From positions 1 to 62,609 of IMG/VR virus record IMGVR_UViG_3300044691_000253: a stretch of DNA of 62,609 nt; one strand, 5' to 3'. The position numbers were made by a program, and so were the translations under genes. Source of the DNA: a virus (taxonomy: Duplodnaviria; Caudoviricetes). Under the pieces are notes generated by a model. That model searched no databases. It worked only from the letters and a program-made list of their open reading frames with translations, and was not told the origin of the DNA. Positions 9,168-18,669 of this stretch are shown piece by piece; position 1 is the first letter of the stretch; each line of letters starts with the position of its first letter.

Positions 9168-9491
9168 ATGAGAAGCGGACGACCGATCAACGAAGACCGC
9201 CAGAACGCAATCGCGCTCGGGCTCCGCGAATACACCGGTACGCGACACGCGCGGTGCGGCACAAACCAGCGGTATGTCGCGGGCGGCGGTTGCGCACATT
9301 GCGCGCGGCTCATCTCGGCCGAGCAGCGGGCGGCGCTAAACTATTTGAAGCGGCAGACGACCCTCGTGCTCGACGATATCAGCGAAGAGAATATTCGCGC
9401 CGCGTTTCCTCTTGACAGCACCGAAGAGGATGGCTTAGAAGCTGACGACGCGGCGGCTCGCGAAGAGGCGGCCATCGACGAATTAATGTAG
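9168..9491 (+). CDS. Zn-finger-like protein ending IDELM
   Basis: YTG..HARCG...RYV.GGGCAHC pattern; acidic tail. Confidence 0.65.
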   Translation: MRSGRPINEDRQNAIALGLREYTGTRHARCGTNQRYVAGGGCAHCARLISAEQRAALNYLKRQTTLVLDDISEENIRAAFPLDSTEEDGLEADDAAAREEAAIDELM

Positions 9492-9559
9492 ACGGGCGAA
9501 CGCCCAATCGACCTAATGTGAGATCGGCATGGGCCGATCGCTGCCATGGAGCAAATCAC

Positions 9560-9943
9560 GTGACCAACTACCACGAGCACGCAAATTTCGAACATGACCA
9601 TGACGGTCATCTGCTCCCGCGGCCGGTCCGGCTCTCTGACGGGACGGATATCTCGCGCATGACCATGGACGAGATCGCCGTCCGTCAGCGCAAGCTCTCA
9701 CCAAAATTCCCTGACATTGCGACGGTGGAGTTGCGTCGTCAGCAGATGCACGAGACCATCGCAGCGCGGGCTCATCTCGTGCTCGCCGTCTGTGTCGGCC
9801 CGCTGCTCGGCATGTTCTATGACTTGGTCTCCGGGCTCGTCGTCACCGGGTTCGGCTCGGTCGGCTTCATCACCACGTGCATCGTCGCGGGCAACCGCGC
9901 GCACGTTCGCGCAGGAGGGTCCCATGGACGCCCGGGAGCCTAA
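9560..9943 (+). CDS. membrane protein (2 TM)
   Basis: GGAG RBS, GTG start; two hydrophobic segments. Confidence 0.55.
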   Translation: MTNYHEHANFEHDHDGHLLPRPVRLSDGTDISRMTMDEIAVRQRKLSPKFPDIATVELRRQQMHETIAARAHLVLAVCVGPLLGMFYDLVSGLVVTGFGSVGFITTCIVAGNRAHVRAGGSHGRPGA

Positions 9944-10124
9944 GACACCACTCGACAGCGCCATTGACAACGATGAGAAAGTCTGGCGAGACGAGCGCCA
10001 CCGTCGCCGCCTCGTGCTGATGCGCGCAGAGGGCGACATCAATCGTATGGAGACGCGCGTGCATGTCCTCTGGGGCATTGTGCTTGTGCTCGGCGTTGTC
10101 GCGCTGATCCTATCGGCTCTGTGA
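9924..10124 (+). CDS. coiled-coil protein with C-terminal TM
   Basis: GGAGG RBS; C-terminal hydrophobic helix. Confidence 0.55.
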   Translation: MDAREPKTPLDSAIDNDEKVWRDERHRRRLVLMRAEGDINRMETRVHVLWGIVLVLGVVALILSAL

Positions 10125-10132
10125 GGGACGAG

Positions 10133-10717
10133 ATGCCACGCTGCGATATTTGCTACGACAGTAAGCGCGTGCGTCTGCCGACGCATCGGGAGCTTGGCGT
10201 CGTTGAACCCAACAACGACGTGCCGGATGTCATGGACGCGGGATACAAAGAGTTCGATTGTCCGCAGTGCGTGCCGATGGTCCCCTATCGTCGCGTGCGA
10301 GCGATGAAGGTGACGACCGGGTATCCGGCAGAGGTCTTTGCCAACATGCAAGTGCCGATCGAGCGCGGGCTCGCGGCGCGGTTCGGTGAGTACCTGATGC
10401 GCGAGGGCCTGATAAAATTCTCGACCAGCGGCTCGACGGACAATGGCGGCTATGACAAAAAGATCACCGTGACCGCGCACCTCGGCGTCGTCTCGCGCGC
10501 TGGCACGATCAAGAGCGGGGCTATCGAAGAGGTCGCCATGACCGCGCGCCCGCCGCTGCCCGAGCGCATCCGCAAGGGTGCCCGGGCATCGCCGAGCGCC
10601 GTGCGGTGGACGCCACCGACATTGAAGGATGCGCCCGTTGATCCCGCGGTCATGGACGAGTTCGATGAGCCGAAGGATGCCATCGGGTCCCGCTTCTCTG
10701 GACTGGACATCGGATGA
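10133..10717 (+). CDS. CxxC...CxxC protein ending GSRFSGLDIG
   Basis: CDIC...CPQC; shared C-terminal motif. Confidence 0.7.
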   Translation: MPRCDICYDSKRVRLPTHRELGVVEPNNDVPDVMDAGYKEFDCPQCVPMVPYRRVRAMKVTTGYPAEVFANMQVPIERGLAARFGEYLMREGLIKFSTSGSTDNGGYDKKITVTAHLGVVSRAGTIKSGAIEEVAMTARPPLPERIRKGARASPSAVRWTPPTLKDAPVDPAVMDEFDEPKDAIGSRFSGLDIG

Positions 10718-10911
10718 CGATCGACTATGGTAAGGTCTCGGCCTTCTACTCCTACATCAGGGTGAGGAAGGTGCTCGCGCACAATGAAAGCTTCAAGCGG
10801 CCGGGCCAAGCAATCTTCATTCGCTATGGTCGGGAGCGCGTCGCTGCGCTCGAAAAAGAGTTTCCCGACTTCCGGGCAGAGTTCACCAAGTGCGGGTACG
10901 ACAAGCCATGA
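10714..10911 (+). CDS. hypothetical protein
   Basis: ATGA overlap. Confidence 0.5.
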   Translation: MTIDYGKVSAFYSYIRVRKVLAHNESFKRPGQAIFIRYGRERVAALEKEFPDFRAEFTKCGYDKP

Positions 10912-11032
10912 AGACCGCCTATGATCACCACGCGGCGGAGGTCGCAGCGATCTATGCAGGCAGGCCGTTCTCGCGACTGCCGCGCATCGACGTGCACAAC
11001 TGGGTCCACGGCATGATAAGGCTGCTGTCATC

Positions 11033-11263
11033 GTGAGCCACGTCTACGAAAAAGCCGCGCTGCACATTCTGGATTGGCTCCATCATGCGGAGCGCGATCT
11101 CTTGGGCAAGGGCGTCATCACGTTCAACGGCGAGACCGGGACCGTGAAGGCGATCAAGCTTGACGAGCATCACGGATTGTGCTTCACAATCGACACCAAT
11201 TCGTATCAAACCCAAGAGCGGCGGTTCTATCCAGTCTCGACCATCAAGCAGAAAGAAAGCTGA
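11033..11263 (+). CDS. hypothetical protein (small beta-rich)
   Basis: ORF in operon orientation. Confidence 0.55.
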   Translation: MSHVYEKAALHILDWLHHAERDLLGKGVITFNGETGTVKAIKLDEHHGLCFTIDTNSYQTQERRFYPVSTIKQKES

Positions 11264-11265
11264 TC

Positions 11266-11469
11266 ATGACCTCGTGGCAATATGCTGCTATCCCGTTCTG
11301 GGTATCCGGTTTCATAATCGCCTTCGTCGCGATCTCAGTCGGGCTAGGTGTGGGAAAGAAACCCGGCGAGACGGCCGCTGACCTTTTGGGCCAGTCCGGC
11401 ACGGGCTTAGTGATGGCCCTCCCCCTCCTGATCCTCGCAGCGTGGTTGGCTCATGCCCCAGTATGTTAA
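11266..11469 (+). CDS. small membrane protein (2 TM)
   Basis: Two hydrophobic helices. Confidence 0.55.
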   Translation: MTSWQYAAIPFWVSGFIIAFVAISVGLGVGKKPGETAADLLGQSGTGLVMALPLLILAAWLAHAPVC

Positions 11470-11734
11470 CGACGCGCGGCTCGACCGCATGAACGCGCTG
11501 TATGTCATCGAATACGACCGATGGTGCTCGCGGTACAACGAACTAGCGCTCAAGGGGCGCGGCCGATGGGAGCTTGTCCGCAACTCATCGCCGAACAATG
11601 ACATCAACGCCGATGAGTATTTTGAGATCACCGGCTTCACCAGACGCGAGTGCCGCGACAGGCACGACGCCGAGATGTGGCTAGAGACATTCGCACGACG
11701 CGCCGCGATGCGCGCCGCACTGGAGACGCTATGA
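11453..11734 (+). CDS. hypothetical protein
   Basis: Operon packing. Confidence 0.55.
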   Translation: MPQYVNDARLDRMNALYVIEYDRWCSRYNELALKGRGRWELVRNSSPNNDINADEYFEITGFTRRECRDRHDAEMWLETFARRAAMRAALETL

Positions 11735-12159
11735 TCATCAAGCGCAATCGCCCAGAGCAGGGCATCCGCTTCGCGTGGCTGCCCGTATGGACCGGCGAGG
11801 GCAGGGTATGGTTTGAGTATGTCCACTTCAACTGGGTCGAAGGCTGGGGCTGGGGCTCTGACGGCCACTACGAATATAAGCGCTGGGTCCCGGAAGCTCG
11901 TTACGGACAGGGCGAGCGAACGCAGTCGAAGTTCACGACGCCGCCGGTCCGGCTCTCGTTTCCGTACCTCATTGCGCCGAAGGGCGACATAGTTGAGACG
12001 GACGCGCAGGGTCGCGAATTTTTCGGGCAGGATGCGTATCACTACGCGACGCCGCCGGACCATTCGAAGTGCGGCAAGCTCCGCGCCGATGGCCCGACAC
12101 CCTGTCATTATCCGCACTGCACGTGCATGAACGTCGGGGGCTCGAAGTGCCCGGAGTGA
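11731..12159 (+). CDS. hypothetical protein
   Basis: GGAG RBS; FAWLPV..GEGRVWFE motif common in small phage proteins; Cys-rich tail. Confidence 0.6.
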   Translation: MIIKRNRPEQGIRFAWLPVWTGEGRVWFEYVHFNWVEGWGWGSDGHYEYKRWVPEARYGQGERTQSKFTTPPVRLSFPYLIAPKGDIVETDAQGREFFGQDAYHYATPPDHSKCGKLRADGPTPCHYPHCTCMNVGGSKCPE

Positions 12160-12542
12160 TCGTTCACATGGTCGGCGACGAGATCGCCGAGGGCGAGATC
12201 GCCTCGCTGCGAACCCGATGTGGACGGACCATTGATCATCCGGTTGTCACGGCCGGTCCCGCGCGCTACGATCTCGTCGCCCGCAATGGCAATCGGTTTT
12301 ACTGCACGACGCAAGATGACCTCGCGACGTGCATCAAGTGCATGAACCTCATCACGACTGGAACGAGATATGCTAAATCGATCTATGCTAAATCGAGAGA
12401 CACGATCCCTGACCCGCAAGTGGGTCGAGACGCAACGAGCCATCGAACGAGCAGGCCCGCCAACGCCCAGAAGCGAGCCGTGGCGAGCGCCAGTGCCGCC
12501 CCTGCCAGAACAGCCCGGCCGCACGCCCGTCCCGTCCCGTGA
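12156..12542 (+). CDS. Zn-finger-like protein
   Basis: GTGA overlap; H...TRCG...ATCIKC; long 3' overlap with the next gene makes the end uncertain. Confidence 0.45.
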   Translation: MIVHMVGDEIAEGEIASLRTRCGRTIDHPVVTAGPARYDLVARNGNRFYCTTQDDLATCIKCMNLITTGTRYAKSIYAKSRDTIPDPQVGRDATSHRTSRPANAQKRAVASASAAPARTARPHARPVP

Positions 12543-12687
12543 GGCTGGCTGGCGCGTGGCATGGCGGGAATTTCACGACACTCATTGCGCCAGTTGGACC
12601 CCGCGTGGCACCACGCTCATCAAGGCCGGGTTCATGGCTGGTTGGGCCGCGTGCAACCGTTCCCGCATAGATGGAGCTTGGCGATGA
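12370..12687 (+). CDS. hypothetical protein
   Basis: FMAGWAA motif; ATGA overlap downstream. Confidence 0.5.
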   Translation: MLNRSMLNRETRSLTRKWVETQRAIERAGPPTPRSEPWRAPVPPLPEQPGRTPVPSREAGWRVAWREFHDTHCASWTPRGTTLIKAGFMAGWAACNRSRIDGAWR

Positions 12688-12944
12688 CGTTTGAACATGC
12701 TATTGGCATCCTGTTCGCCCTCGTGGTTCTCGGGGGCCTGTACGGGTTCTGGAGACTGCGATGAATATCGACCATGCTGTCTGGCGGCTCCGCGCGCTCA
12801 TCGGCTTCGTCGCGCTCGACCTCGTCGTCTGGGGGCTCGTGCACTCGTGCTGATCATCGCAACGATATGCTTTGCGCCCTTCGCGATCATGGGTACCCTG
12901 ATCGTAGTGGTCGGCGTGTGGGGAGTTTATACGGGGCATCTCGA

Positions 12945-13172
12945 ATGGATTTGAACAGCGCAATTCAGATCGCGGAGGCGGGCAAGTCTGTCCGTGACGA
13001 CGCGACGATGACGCCCGGCTGGAGCGTCCGCTACATCAAGGCCGAGAAGCTTCTGTACTATTTCAATCCAAAGGGCGAGCGCGCTCACAAGGTCCGCTTT
13101 AGCGACGCTCATCGTGCCTCCTACCAATGGCGGACTATCACCGAAAAGGAAAATGAAGATGACGCCCTTTGA
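12945..13172 (+). CDS. hypothetical protein (DUF2829-like pattern)
   Basis: MDLNSAIQ...GKSVR...W...D..AS.QW. Confidence 0.5.
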   Translation: MDLNSAIQIAEAGKSVRDDATMTPGWSVRYIKAEKLLYYFNPKGERAHKVRFSDAHRASYQWRTITEKENEDDAL

Positions 13173-13989
13173 TATTATGGGATGGGTTTTCGCTGCCGTG
13201 ATGGCAACGATCCTCATCCGCCTCGTGATCGGTCACAAGCGGCCCGCCCCTGTCACGGACGAGGTCGAGACCACGCGCGCGGACGCTACCGCGATCGGCT
13301 CTCAGAACTATCGCGAGATCGCAGGAGGCTCGCGCGCCAACATGACCTTCGAGAAGATCAACAACTTGCCGCGCGCTGTCGGCAAGAGCCCAGCGCTGAG
13401 CGCGCCATACGGCGGCCAGCGCAAGCCGCTCGTCGTCTTGACCCATAGCATGATCGAACGGGCCAATGTCGAGCGTCGCCGCCGCGGATACCCGGCGCTC
13501 AATCGCGCGGGCATCCAGAACGCCATCGCGCATCCGTGGGACCGCGCCAATCGATCGCAGCCGACCACGAGCAGCCAATGGTTGACGTACCTCATCTTGT
13601 ACGAAGTATTTCTTACCAACCATCAGCAGGCGCACTGCTCTGGGACCGGCGGCTTCACCATCGATCCTAACCAGCCATACAATGGACAAGGCGGCGAGTT
13701 CGCTGGGGCTGGAGCATCCGGCAACTGGGAAAGCTCCCCGGTAACGACGGAGATCGCCGCGGGCATCGCCGTGGGCGCAAGCGCAGGCTATCTAGCATCG
13801 GGCCTCAACGACGGTCCCGGGCCATCTTTCGGCGGGGATAGCACGTACAAGAACGACGGCGGATCAGTGTCGTCGGCTCCGGACCCGAGCCCGAGCTCGG
13901 CTCCAGACCCGAGCCCGAGCTACTCGGCACCGTCGAGCGATAGCGGGCCGTCCGGCGGCGGCGGCGGCGGCGGCGGCGACGGCTCATGA
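13159..13989 (+). CDS. membrane-anchored protein with Gly/Ser-rich tail
   Basis: N-terminal TM; GGEFAGAGASGNW; SAPDPSPS x2; poly-Gly end. Confidence 0.7.
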   Translation: MTPFDIMGWVFAAVMATILIRLVIGHKRPAPVTDEVETTRADATAIGSQNYREIAGGSRANMTFEKINNLPRAVGKSPALSAPYGGQRKPLVVLTHSMIERANVERRRRGYPALNRAGIQNAIAHPWDRANRSQPTTSSQWLTYLILYEVFLTNHQQAHCSGTGGFTIDPNQPYNGQGGEFAGAGASGNWESSPVTTEIAAGIAVGASAGYLASGLNDGPGPSFGGDSTYKNDGGSVSSAPDPSPSSAPDPSPSYSAPSSDSGPSGGGGGGGGDGS

Positions 13990-14112
13990 AATGCCTTGAC
14001 GCGAGCGAACGAAAAGATTTGCTTGACCTCATAGTTGAGGCTCGGCTAATAGACCTCGTGTACGCTCGCGTCGAGGACGGCTCCATCTATCTCACCATCC
14101 AACGAAGGAAAA

Positions 14113-14349
14113 ATGACCATGGCAACATCAGCCGAACAACTGATACTGCGCGGATTGAACCTCGTGATCCGAGCGAGCTTTTCGCCGAATGACGCGGTCG
14201 CGTCCGCGAAGCACTTCAAGAGCATCCAAGACGACATCGGGCCGTGGTTCACCGACTACGCCGAAGAGATCGAAAAGCCCGCCATCGACTTCACCATCAC
14301 GCGGCTCGACGAGCCCAGCGATGGCGGCGGGTATCAGAGCGCGCAGTAA
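14113..14349 (+). CDS. hypothetical protein
   Basis: AAGGA RBS. Confidence 0.5.
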   Translation: MTMATSAEQLILRGLNLVIRASFSPNDAVASAKHFKSIQDDIGPWFTDYAEEIEKPAIDFTITRLDEPSDGGGYQSAQ

Positions 14350-14392
14350 ATCCCCGCCCCCAACCAAAACCCTCAACTGGAGACCCAGCCCA

Positions 14393-14779
14393 ATGGCTAA
14401 GACACGTCGCACCAAGCAGAACCGGTCGCCCGGCCGCGCATACCGCAACGCGAAGACCTACATCGTCGAGCAGGGCGACAAGGTCACGACCATCGGCATC
14501 CGGGGCCGCACCAAGGTCAAGCGCGTCACGGATGAGGCCGGGAAGCGTCTGACCTCGATCCGTGTGGTCGAGGAAGCCGTACAGACGCCCGCCAAGGGGG
14601 TCGGCGATCTCAAGCCCAAGGGCGTCTTCGTCGGCCGCGTCTACACAGGCGTGGCGCGCAGCAAGCCCTACCCCTATCGCAGCGTGAAGCGAGGGGCGGT
14701 CCCGGTTCCCCAGTCGAAGGGGCTGCTGGCGCGGGCGCGCAGGGCCGTCAAGCGCGTGGTCGTCGGAGAGGTCGCATGA
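14393..14779 (+). CDS. very basic hypothetical protein
   Basis: GGAG RBS; K/R-rich. Confidence 0.6.
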   Translation: MAKTRRTKQNRSPGRAYRNAKTYIVEQGDKVTTIGIRGRTKVKRVTDEAGKRLTSIRVVEEAVQTPAKGVGDLKPKGVFVGRVYTGVARSKPYPYRSVKRGAVPVPQSKGLLARARRAVKRVVVGEVA

Positions 14780-14840
14780 TCCCCGACTGGGTTTATCTGC
14801 TCGCGGGTTTCGCCGGGATAGCAGCACTCATCGCGCTAGG

Positions 14841-15059
14841 ATGTGGCCAGTGAAACGGACCCAGTTCCAAGTCCTGCGGTCCATAGACTGCCTCGCCTCC
14901 GACCTGACGCTGTCGGGGCTACACGGCTACGCCCGGCGTCTCCGCCGGGCGCGAACCGAGATCGCAAATTTCGGAAAAATAGACCCGCGAAAAATCCAGC
15001 AATCAGCGGGGAAGTTCAGCCGGGCTGAGCGTGCTATTCTCCGGACCATCATGGAATAG
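14841..15059 (+). CDS. hypothetical protein
   Basis: Last rightward ORF before a convergent cluster. Confidence 0.45.
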   Translation: MWPVKRTQFQVLRSIDCLASDLTLSGLHGYARRLRRARTEIANFGKIDPRKIQQSAGKFSRAERAILRTIME

Positions 15060-15165
15060 CCCGACCCACGCCTCGCCCAACTGTTGCGAGGCGACCTTCC
15101 TTCGAACTCGATCGGTCGCCTCACGCTGGAGCCTAGCAAGCTCCAGCGTGATCTCGTCTTGAAGG

Positions 15166-15354
15166 CTACCCATTTTTGTAGCAGTTCACTTGACCGCCCA
15201 CGCTCGCGCAATAGTAGGCGATGCAGTCGGCCTCGGGGTGCTGCTCGATCAGCTTGTTGAAATGCTTGTCGGCATAGGGACGATTGAAGTAGTGGTCTTG
15301 CGTGAAGTGCGCCTCGGGCGTGATCACGAGAAAGGTGAAACGTTCGGCCATCAC
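15166..15354 (-). CDS. hypothetical protein
   Basis: GGAG RBS. Confidence 0.55.
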   Translation of the reverse strand: MMAERFTFLVITPEAHFTQDHYFNRPYADKHFNKLIEQHPEADCIAYYCASVGGQVNCYKNG

Positions 15355-15538
15355 TTTGCTCCAGTCTTAGAGTTGACGATGCCAACGCTGGCACCGTACA
15401 GGAAAACGGCGATCGGGGCCGGGGATTGCGCGCAGCACGCTTCGAAGTGCTTCTCCGCGGCCTCGCGTTTGCAGTAGAGCGTCTCGATTGCGAAGCTCTC
15501 ATCGGTCAGTGTGATCAACGTGAACACGGAACCCCCTT

Positions 15539-15850
15539 TCAGAAGTTGGCGCTGTCATCGAACGCGAACTCACGCACGGGTTGGGTCTCGTCTCCCTCGG
15601 CGAAGAAGACGACATCACCCGGGGCGACCTCGTCCCGGGCTCGGCGATCCCAAAAGCGGTGGACGAAGTCCGGCTTGCCGAACGTCTTCACCGCAGTCAG
15701 GTAGCGATCATCTTTGAAGCCCACGAAGTGATAGCAGCCGCGCTCTTCGTATCGCGTGCCCATCACCGAGTTGTTCCAAGCCTGTCGGGTCATCACGACC
15801 GCACCATCGGCGCGGACCTCGATCACCCCATCAGCTATTAACTTTTCCAT
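15539..15850 (-). CDS. hypothetical protein
   Basis: GAGGA RBS; HFVGFKDDRY..AVKTFGKPDFVHRFWD motif. Confidence 0.65.
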   Translation of the reverse strand: MEKLIADGVIEVRADGAVVMTRQAWNNSVMGTRYEERGCYHFVGFKDDRYLTAVKTFGKPDFVHRFWDRRARDEVAPGDVVFFAEGDETQPVREFAFDDSANF

Positions 15851-16100
15851 TGTAGCGTTCCTCGATCGTCTCGCAGGCGGCCTTGCACCTCGTCAGGGTT
15901 CTCCCCCCCCCCCACGTGATGCTGTGGCCTCCGTGGATGTAGCCCTCCGTCGCGTCGCGAGCGGTGTATCCGAACGTCCCGCCATAGTCGCTGGCCCAGA
16001 CGATGTGATACGTCCGATCGGCAGACTTCGCCGTGTACTCATAGATCGGCTTGCCAAAGTGCTCGCCGTCGCGCTCGCGTGTCCATGTCAACATAGTCAT
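15831..16100 (-). CDS. hypothetical protein containing an in-frame G11 tract
   Basis: ATGA overlap; TLTRCKAAC motif. Confidence 0.6.
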   Translation of the reverse strand: MTMLTWTRERDGEHFGKPIYEYTAKSADRTYHIVWASDYGGTFGYTARDATEGYIHGGHSITWGGGRTLTRCKAACETIEERYNGKVNS

Positions 16101-16321
16101 TTCTCGCCTGTCCCTCCCGTCATGAAAACGTATTCGATTGCGTAGGCCAGATAGCCCGGAACGTTCTCTTGCTTGAGCTTGCGGTTGATCTCGGGCATGC
16201 CCGGGATGATGACCTCGGCGAGTATGCGCGTGTGAAAGTTCGCGCGATCAGTCCGCCAAATCTTGACAGCAGTGCTAATCTGCTCAGGCGTCAGGAACTC
16301 GCGGAGACTGGTCATGGTCAT
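16097..16321 (-). CDS. hypothetical protein
   Basis: GGAGG RBS before ATG 16321. Confidence 0.6.
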   Translation of the reverse strand: MTMTSLREFLTPEQISTAVKIWRTDRANFHTRILAEVIIPGMPEINRKLKQENVPGYLAYAIEYVFMTGGTGEK

Positions 16322-16575
16322 GAGCCCTCCAGTGGTGTCACGTAGTAAATCTCTCGGGCCACGAGCCGGGGCTTCCCGGCCACACTCAAGACCCGCGTGT
16401 CTAGCTCGCGGACGATCCGAACAAGCCCCCTCGCCTCTTGACGCCGGGCCTTGGCCTTCTCCGCGGAAGTCGTTGCTATCGTTTCCATGGAGAGACCATA
16501 CCGGACAGGGCCGGGAGTGCAAGAAGGAACCCGGCCTATGGTTTACAAACCCTAAAGACTGTTGCAGGATGGCTG

Positions 16576-16668
16576 TTAGGGAGGTGTTAACCATTGCCAA
16601 CGGTTTGCCTTGTGCCCCCGTCAGGGACAGGCTACATCAGGGCATCAGCAACGAAGGACTACCCGATG
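16576..16668 (+). promoter_or_regulatory. promoter module copy 1: CtrA-like box plus sigma70-type promoter
   Basis: TTAG-N7-TTAAC, then TTGTGC and GCTACATC, then RBS and ATG 16666. Confidence 0.65.
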
Positions 16669-17070
16669 TCACAGTTTCGCGTCTACTTCTACAACGCCGT
16701 GACCCGTCAGGAGATGACGGACTACGAGGGCAACGGCAAAACGTGGATGTCGCTCGGCGGCAACGCCCTGAATGCCAAGGGCCAGTTCGTGCGCGGCACT
16801 GCCACCGAAGTCGGCTTCGCGAACTACGCGAGCCTCTCGAAGGTGAGCGGCGAGAAGCGCGTCACGGCGGCGGACTTCGATCATCCGGTCGCGGTCAAGG
16901 TTTGGTATGGCCCCTCGCGTGAGGACAACGAGAGCGTCGAATGGCGCAAGCTCGTCGCCTCGAATGCGTTCGCCACTTCGGACGCGGTCCACGTGTTCAA
17001 GCCGGGGAGCCGCGACGCGAAGGCCGCCGAGGCCGAGTATGCACCCAAGAAGGCGTTAAGGAAGCGTTAA
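16666..17070 (+). CDS. hypothetical early protein
   Basis: AAGGA RBS; strong GC3 codon bias. Confidence 0.75.
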   Translation: MSQFRVYFYNAVTRQEMTDYEGNGKTWMSLGGNALNAKGQFVRGTATEVGFANYASLSKVSGEKRVTAADFDHPVAVKVWYGPSREDNESVEWRKLVASNAFATSDAVHVFKPGSRDAKAAEAEYAPKKALRKR

Positions 17071-17146
17071 CCACCGCCAGCGGATTGGCTTGCGGCCCCG
17101 TCAGGGACGGGCTACATCAGGGTATCAGCAACGAGGCGACCCAATG
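17056..17146 (+). promoter_or_regulatory. promoter module copy 2: consensus CtrA box plus sigma70-type promoter
   Basis: TTAA-GGAAGCG-TTAAC at 17056-17071; ~90-bp imperfect direct repeat of 16576-16668 including CCCCGTCAGGGAC and GCTACATCAGGG. Confidence 0.7.
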
Positions 17147-17419
17147 ACCAATGAAAAAGAGCTTCCCTACACCGTCGATCTCACGGAGCTTCGCCTCGCC
17201 GACATTGTCGAGCTTTTCGATGGCCCCTTCGGGACCGCCGTCGTGACGCAAATCACAGCGGACGAAGTGATCCTCCACCGCCCCTTTGGCGTGACTGGCG
17301 ATTTCAGTTACACGGGCGGCGTCCCCTACTCGGTCGGCAACGAGGTTTGCAAATACCTTCTTGCCAGCACCAAGGGTCACTACAAGTTCAAAGTCTGGCA
17401 GAGGAAGGACCTCCGCTGA
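17144..17419 (+). CDS. hypothetical protein
   Basis: Follows the repeated promoter; GAGG RBS. Confidence 0.65.
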   Translation: MTNEKELPYTVDLTELRLADIVELFDGPFGTAVVTQITADEVILHRPFGVTGDFSYTGGVPYSVGNEVCKYLLASTKGHYKFKVWQRKDLR

Positions 17420-17625
17420 TGGTAGGCCGCCCGCGCATATACAAAACGGATGAAGAGCGCTTGGCCGCGAAGAAGGCGGCCAAGCAGAAGTTCAAGAACG
17501 TCACCCTAGACGCTGACCTCGTGGACGCGCTCAACCTCGTCTCCGACAAGCTGGAGCCCGAACTCGGGTTTCGGCCGACGCTATCTCAAACCGTTCGCCA
17601 CCTCATCAAGAAAGACCACCGATGA
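17419..17625 (+). CDS. small DNA-binding protein (AT-hook/RHH-like)
   Basis: GRPRIYKT...NVTLD...RPTLSQTVRHLI. Confidence 0.6.
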   Translation: MVGRPRIYKTDEERLAAKKAAKQKFKNVTLDADLVDALNLVSDKLEPELGFRPTLSQTVRHLIKKDHR

Positions 17626-18089
17626 CCAACATTTTTGATCAGCTTGCACGATGCAAGCCTGTCAACAAGCAGGCGGGGATCGTCACGAGCGGCGCGACGA
17701 AGGCCCCTGTCTGGAATGATGACGTGATCAAGTACAACGCGGAGAAGCTTCGCCTGCAACAGCAAGAGGCGTTCAACCGGGTTGCGAACACCTACGTCAA
17801 AGAACTCGCCCGCGCATCCCATGGCAACTACTACGCCAAGGACTTCGTCGGGTTCGCGCGAAAGAAGATCAGAAAGGGTGAGTGGACCCCCGGCATCGAC
17901 GCGCACGCGCCGAAGAAGTGGGTCGGCTTGAACCCCAAGAAGGCTAGGGCCGTGGCCACAAGCCCGGGTCCGGGTCGGATCAACAAGAAGGCCAGACGCG
18001 AAGCCCGCGTTATGGCTGCGATGAGTGTAACCTGTCCGGGGCTCGCCGAGCAATGGACCAACGCGGAGACTATGACATGCGACGCCTGA
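17622..18089 (+). CDS. basic hypothetical protein
   Basis: ATGA overlap. Confidence 0.6.
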   Translation: MTNIFDQLARCKPVNKQAGIVTSGATKAPVWNDDVIKYNAEKLRLQQQEAFNRVANTYVKELARASHGNYYAKDFVGFARKKIRKGEWTPGIDAHAPKKWVGLNPKKARAVATSPGPGRINKKARREARVMAAMSVTCPGLAEQWTNAETMTCDA

Positions 18090-18457
18090 TCCTCGCGGCT
18101 CTCGCCGCAACCGCCCTGCTCGCCACTCCGGCCAGCGCGCGGGACTACTGGAATGGTTCGGGCTTCTCGCTCGACCATAACTTCCACTCGCCCTATGACA
18201 ACCTGTTCCGGTCCTATGGCGGCGTCGGCGGCCGGGGCTACTCCGGTCCGTCACACGGTGGCACTATCAACGTGCCGAGCGGATACTTCGAGACCGACCG
18301 ACCCGGTGTCGAGGTTCCGGAGCTTCAATCGGAGCGCGCTGCTCGTGAGGACAACGAGCGCGCAATCGCGAAGGCCCGAGCCGGTCAACTCGAATGTCGG
18401 CCCGTGGTCATCTATGGCGACACGGTCGTCGTGCATCGCGCGCTGGGATGTCGGTGA
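18077..18457 (+). CDS. secreted protein
   Basis: Sec signal MRRLILAALAATALLATPASA. Confidence 0.7.
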   Translation: MRRLILAALAATALLATPASARDYWNGSGFSLDHNFHSPYDNLFRSYGGVGGRGYSGPSHGGTINVPSGYFETDRPGVEVPELQSERAAREDNERAIAKARAGQLECRPVVIYGDTVVVHRALGCR

Positions 18458-18669
18458 TGATCAAGATCACAACCGACCTCGTCGTTGACGCTGCGCGCAT
18501 CACACAGAAAATCTATGAAGCGAACGCCATCAAGTTGGCGTCGCACAACCACATGGACAGCGCTCTCGTCGAGATCAAACGCGCCGTGGTCATGATGTCG
18601 CTTGCCAACGACGATGATCTGTGCGAGATGCTCGCCGGGCGTATCCACCAACTAGGACACGGAACATGA
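18457..18669 (+). CDS. hypothetical protein
   Basis: TGATG overlap. Confidence 0.5.
   Translation: MIKITTDLVVDAARITQKIYEANAIKLASHNHMDSALVEIKRAVVMMSLANDDDLCEMLAGRIHQLGHGT

Noticed and set aside
13954-13980. (GGC)n microsatellite as a contingency locus
   Set aside because: It is an in-frame poly-Gly tail; length changes would not alter the frame.
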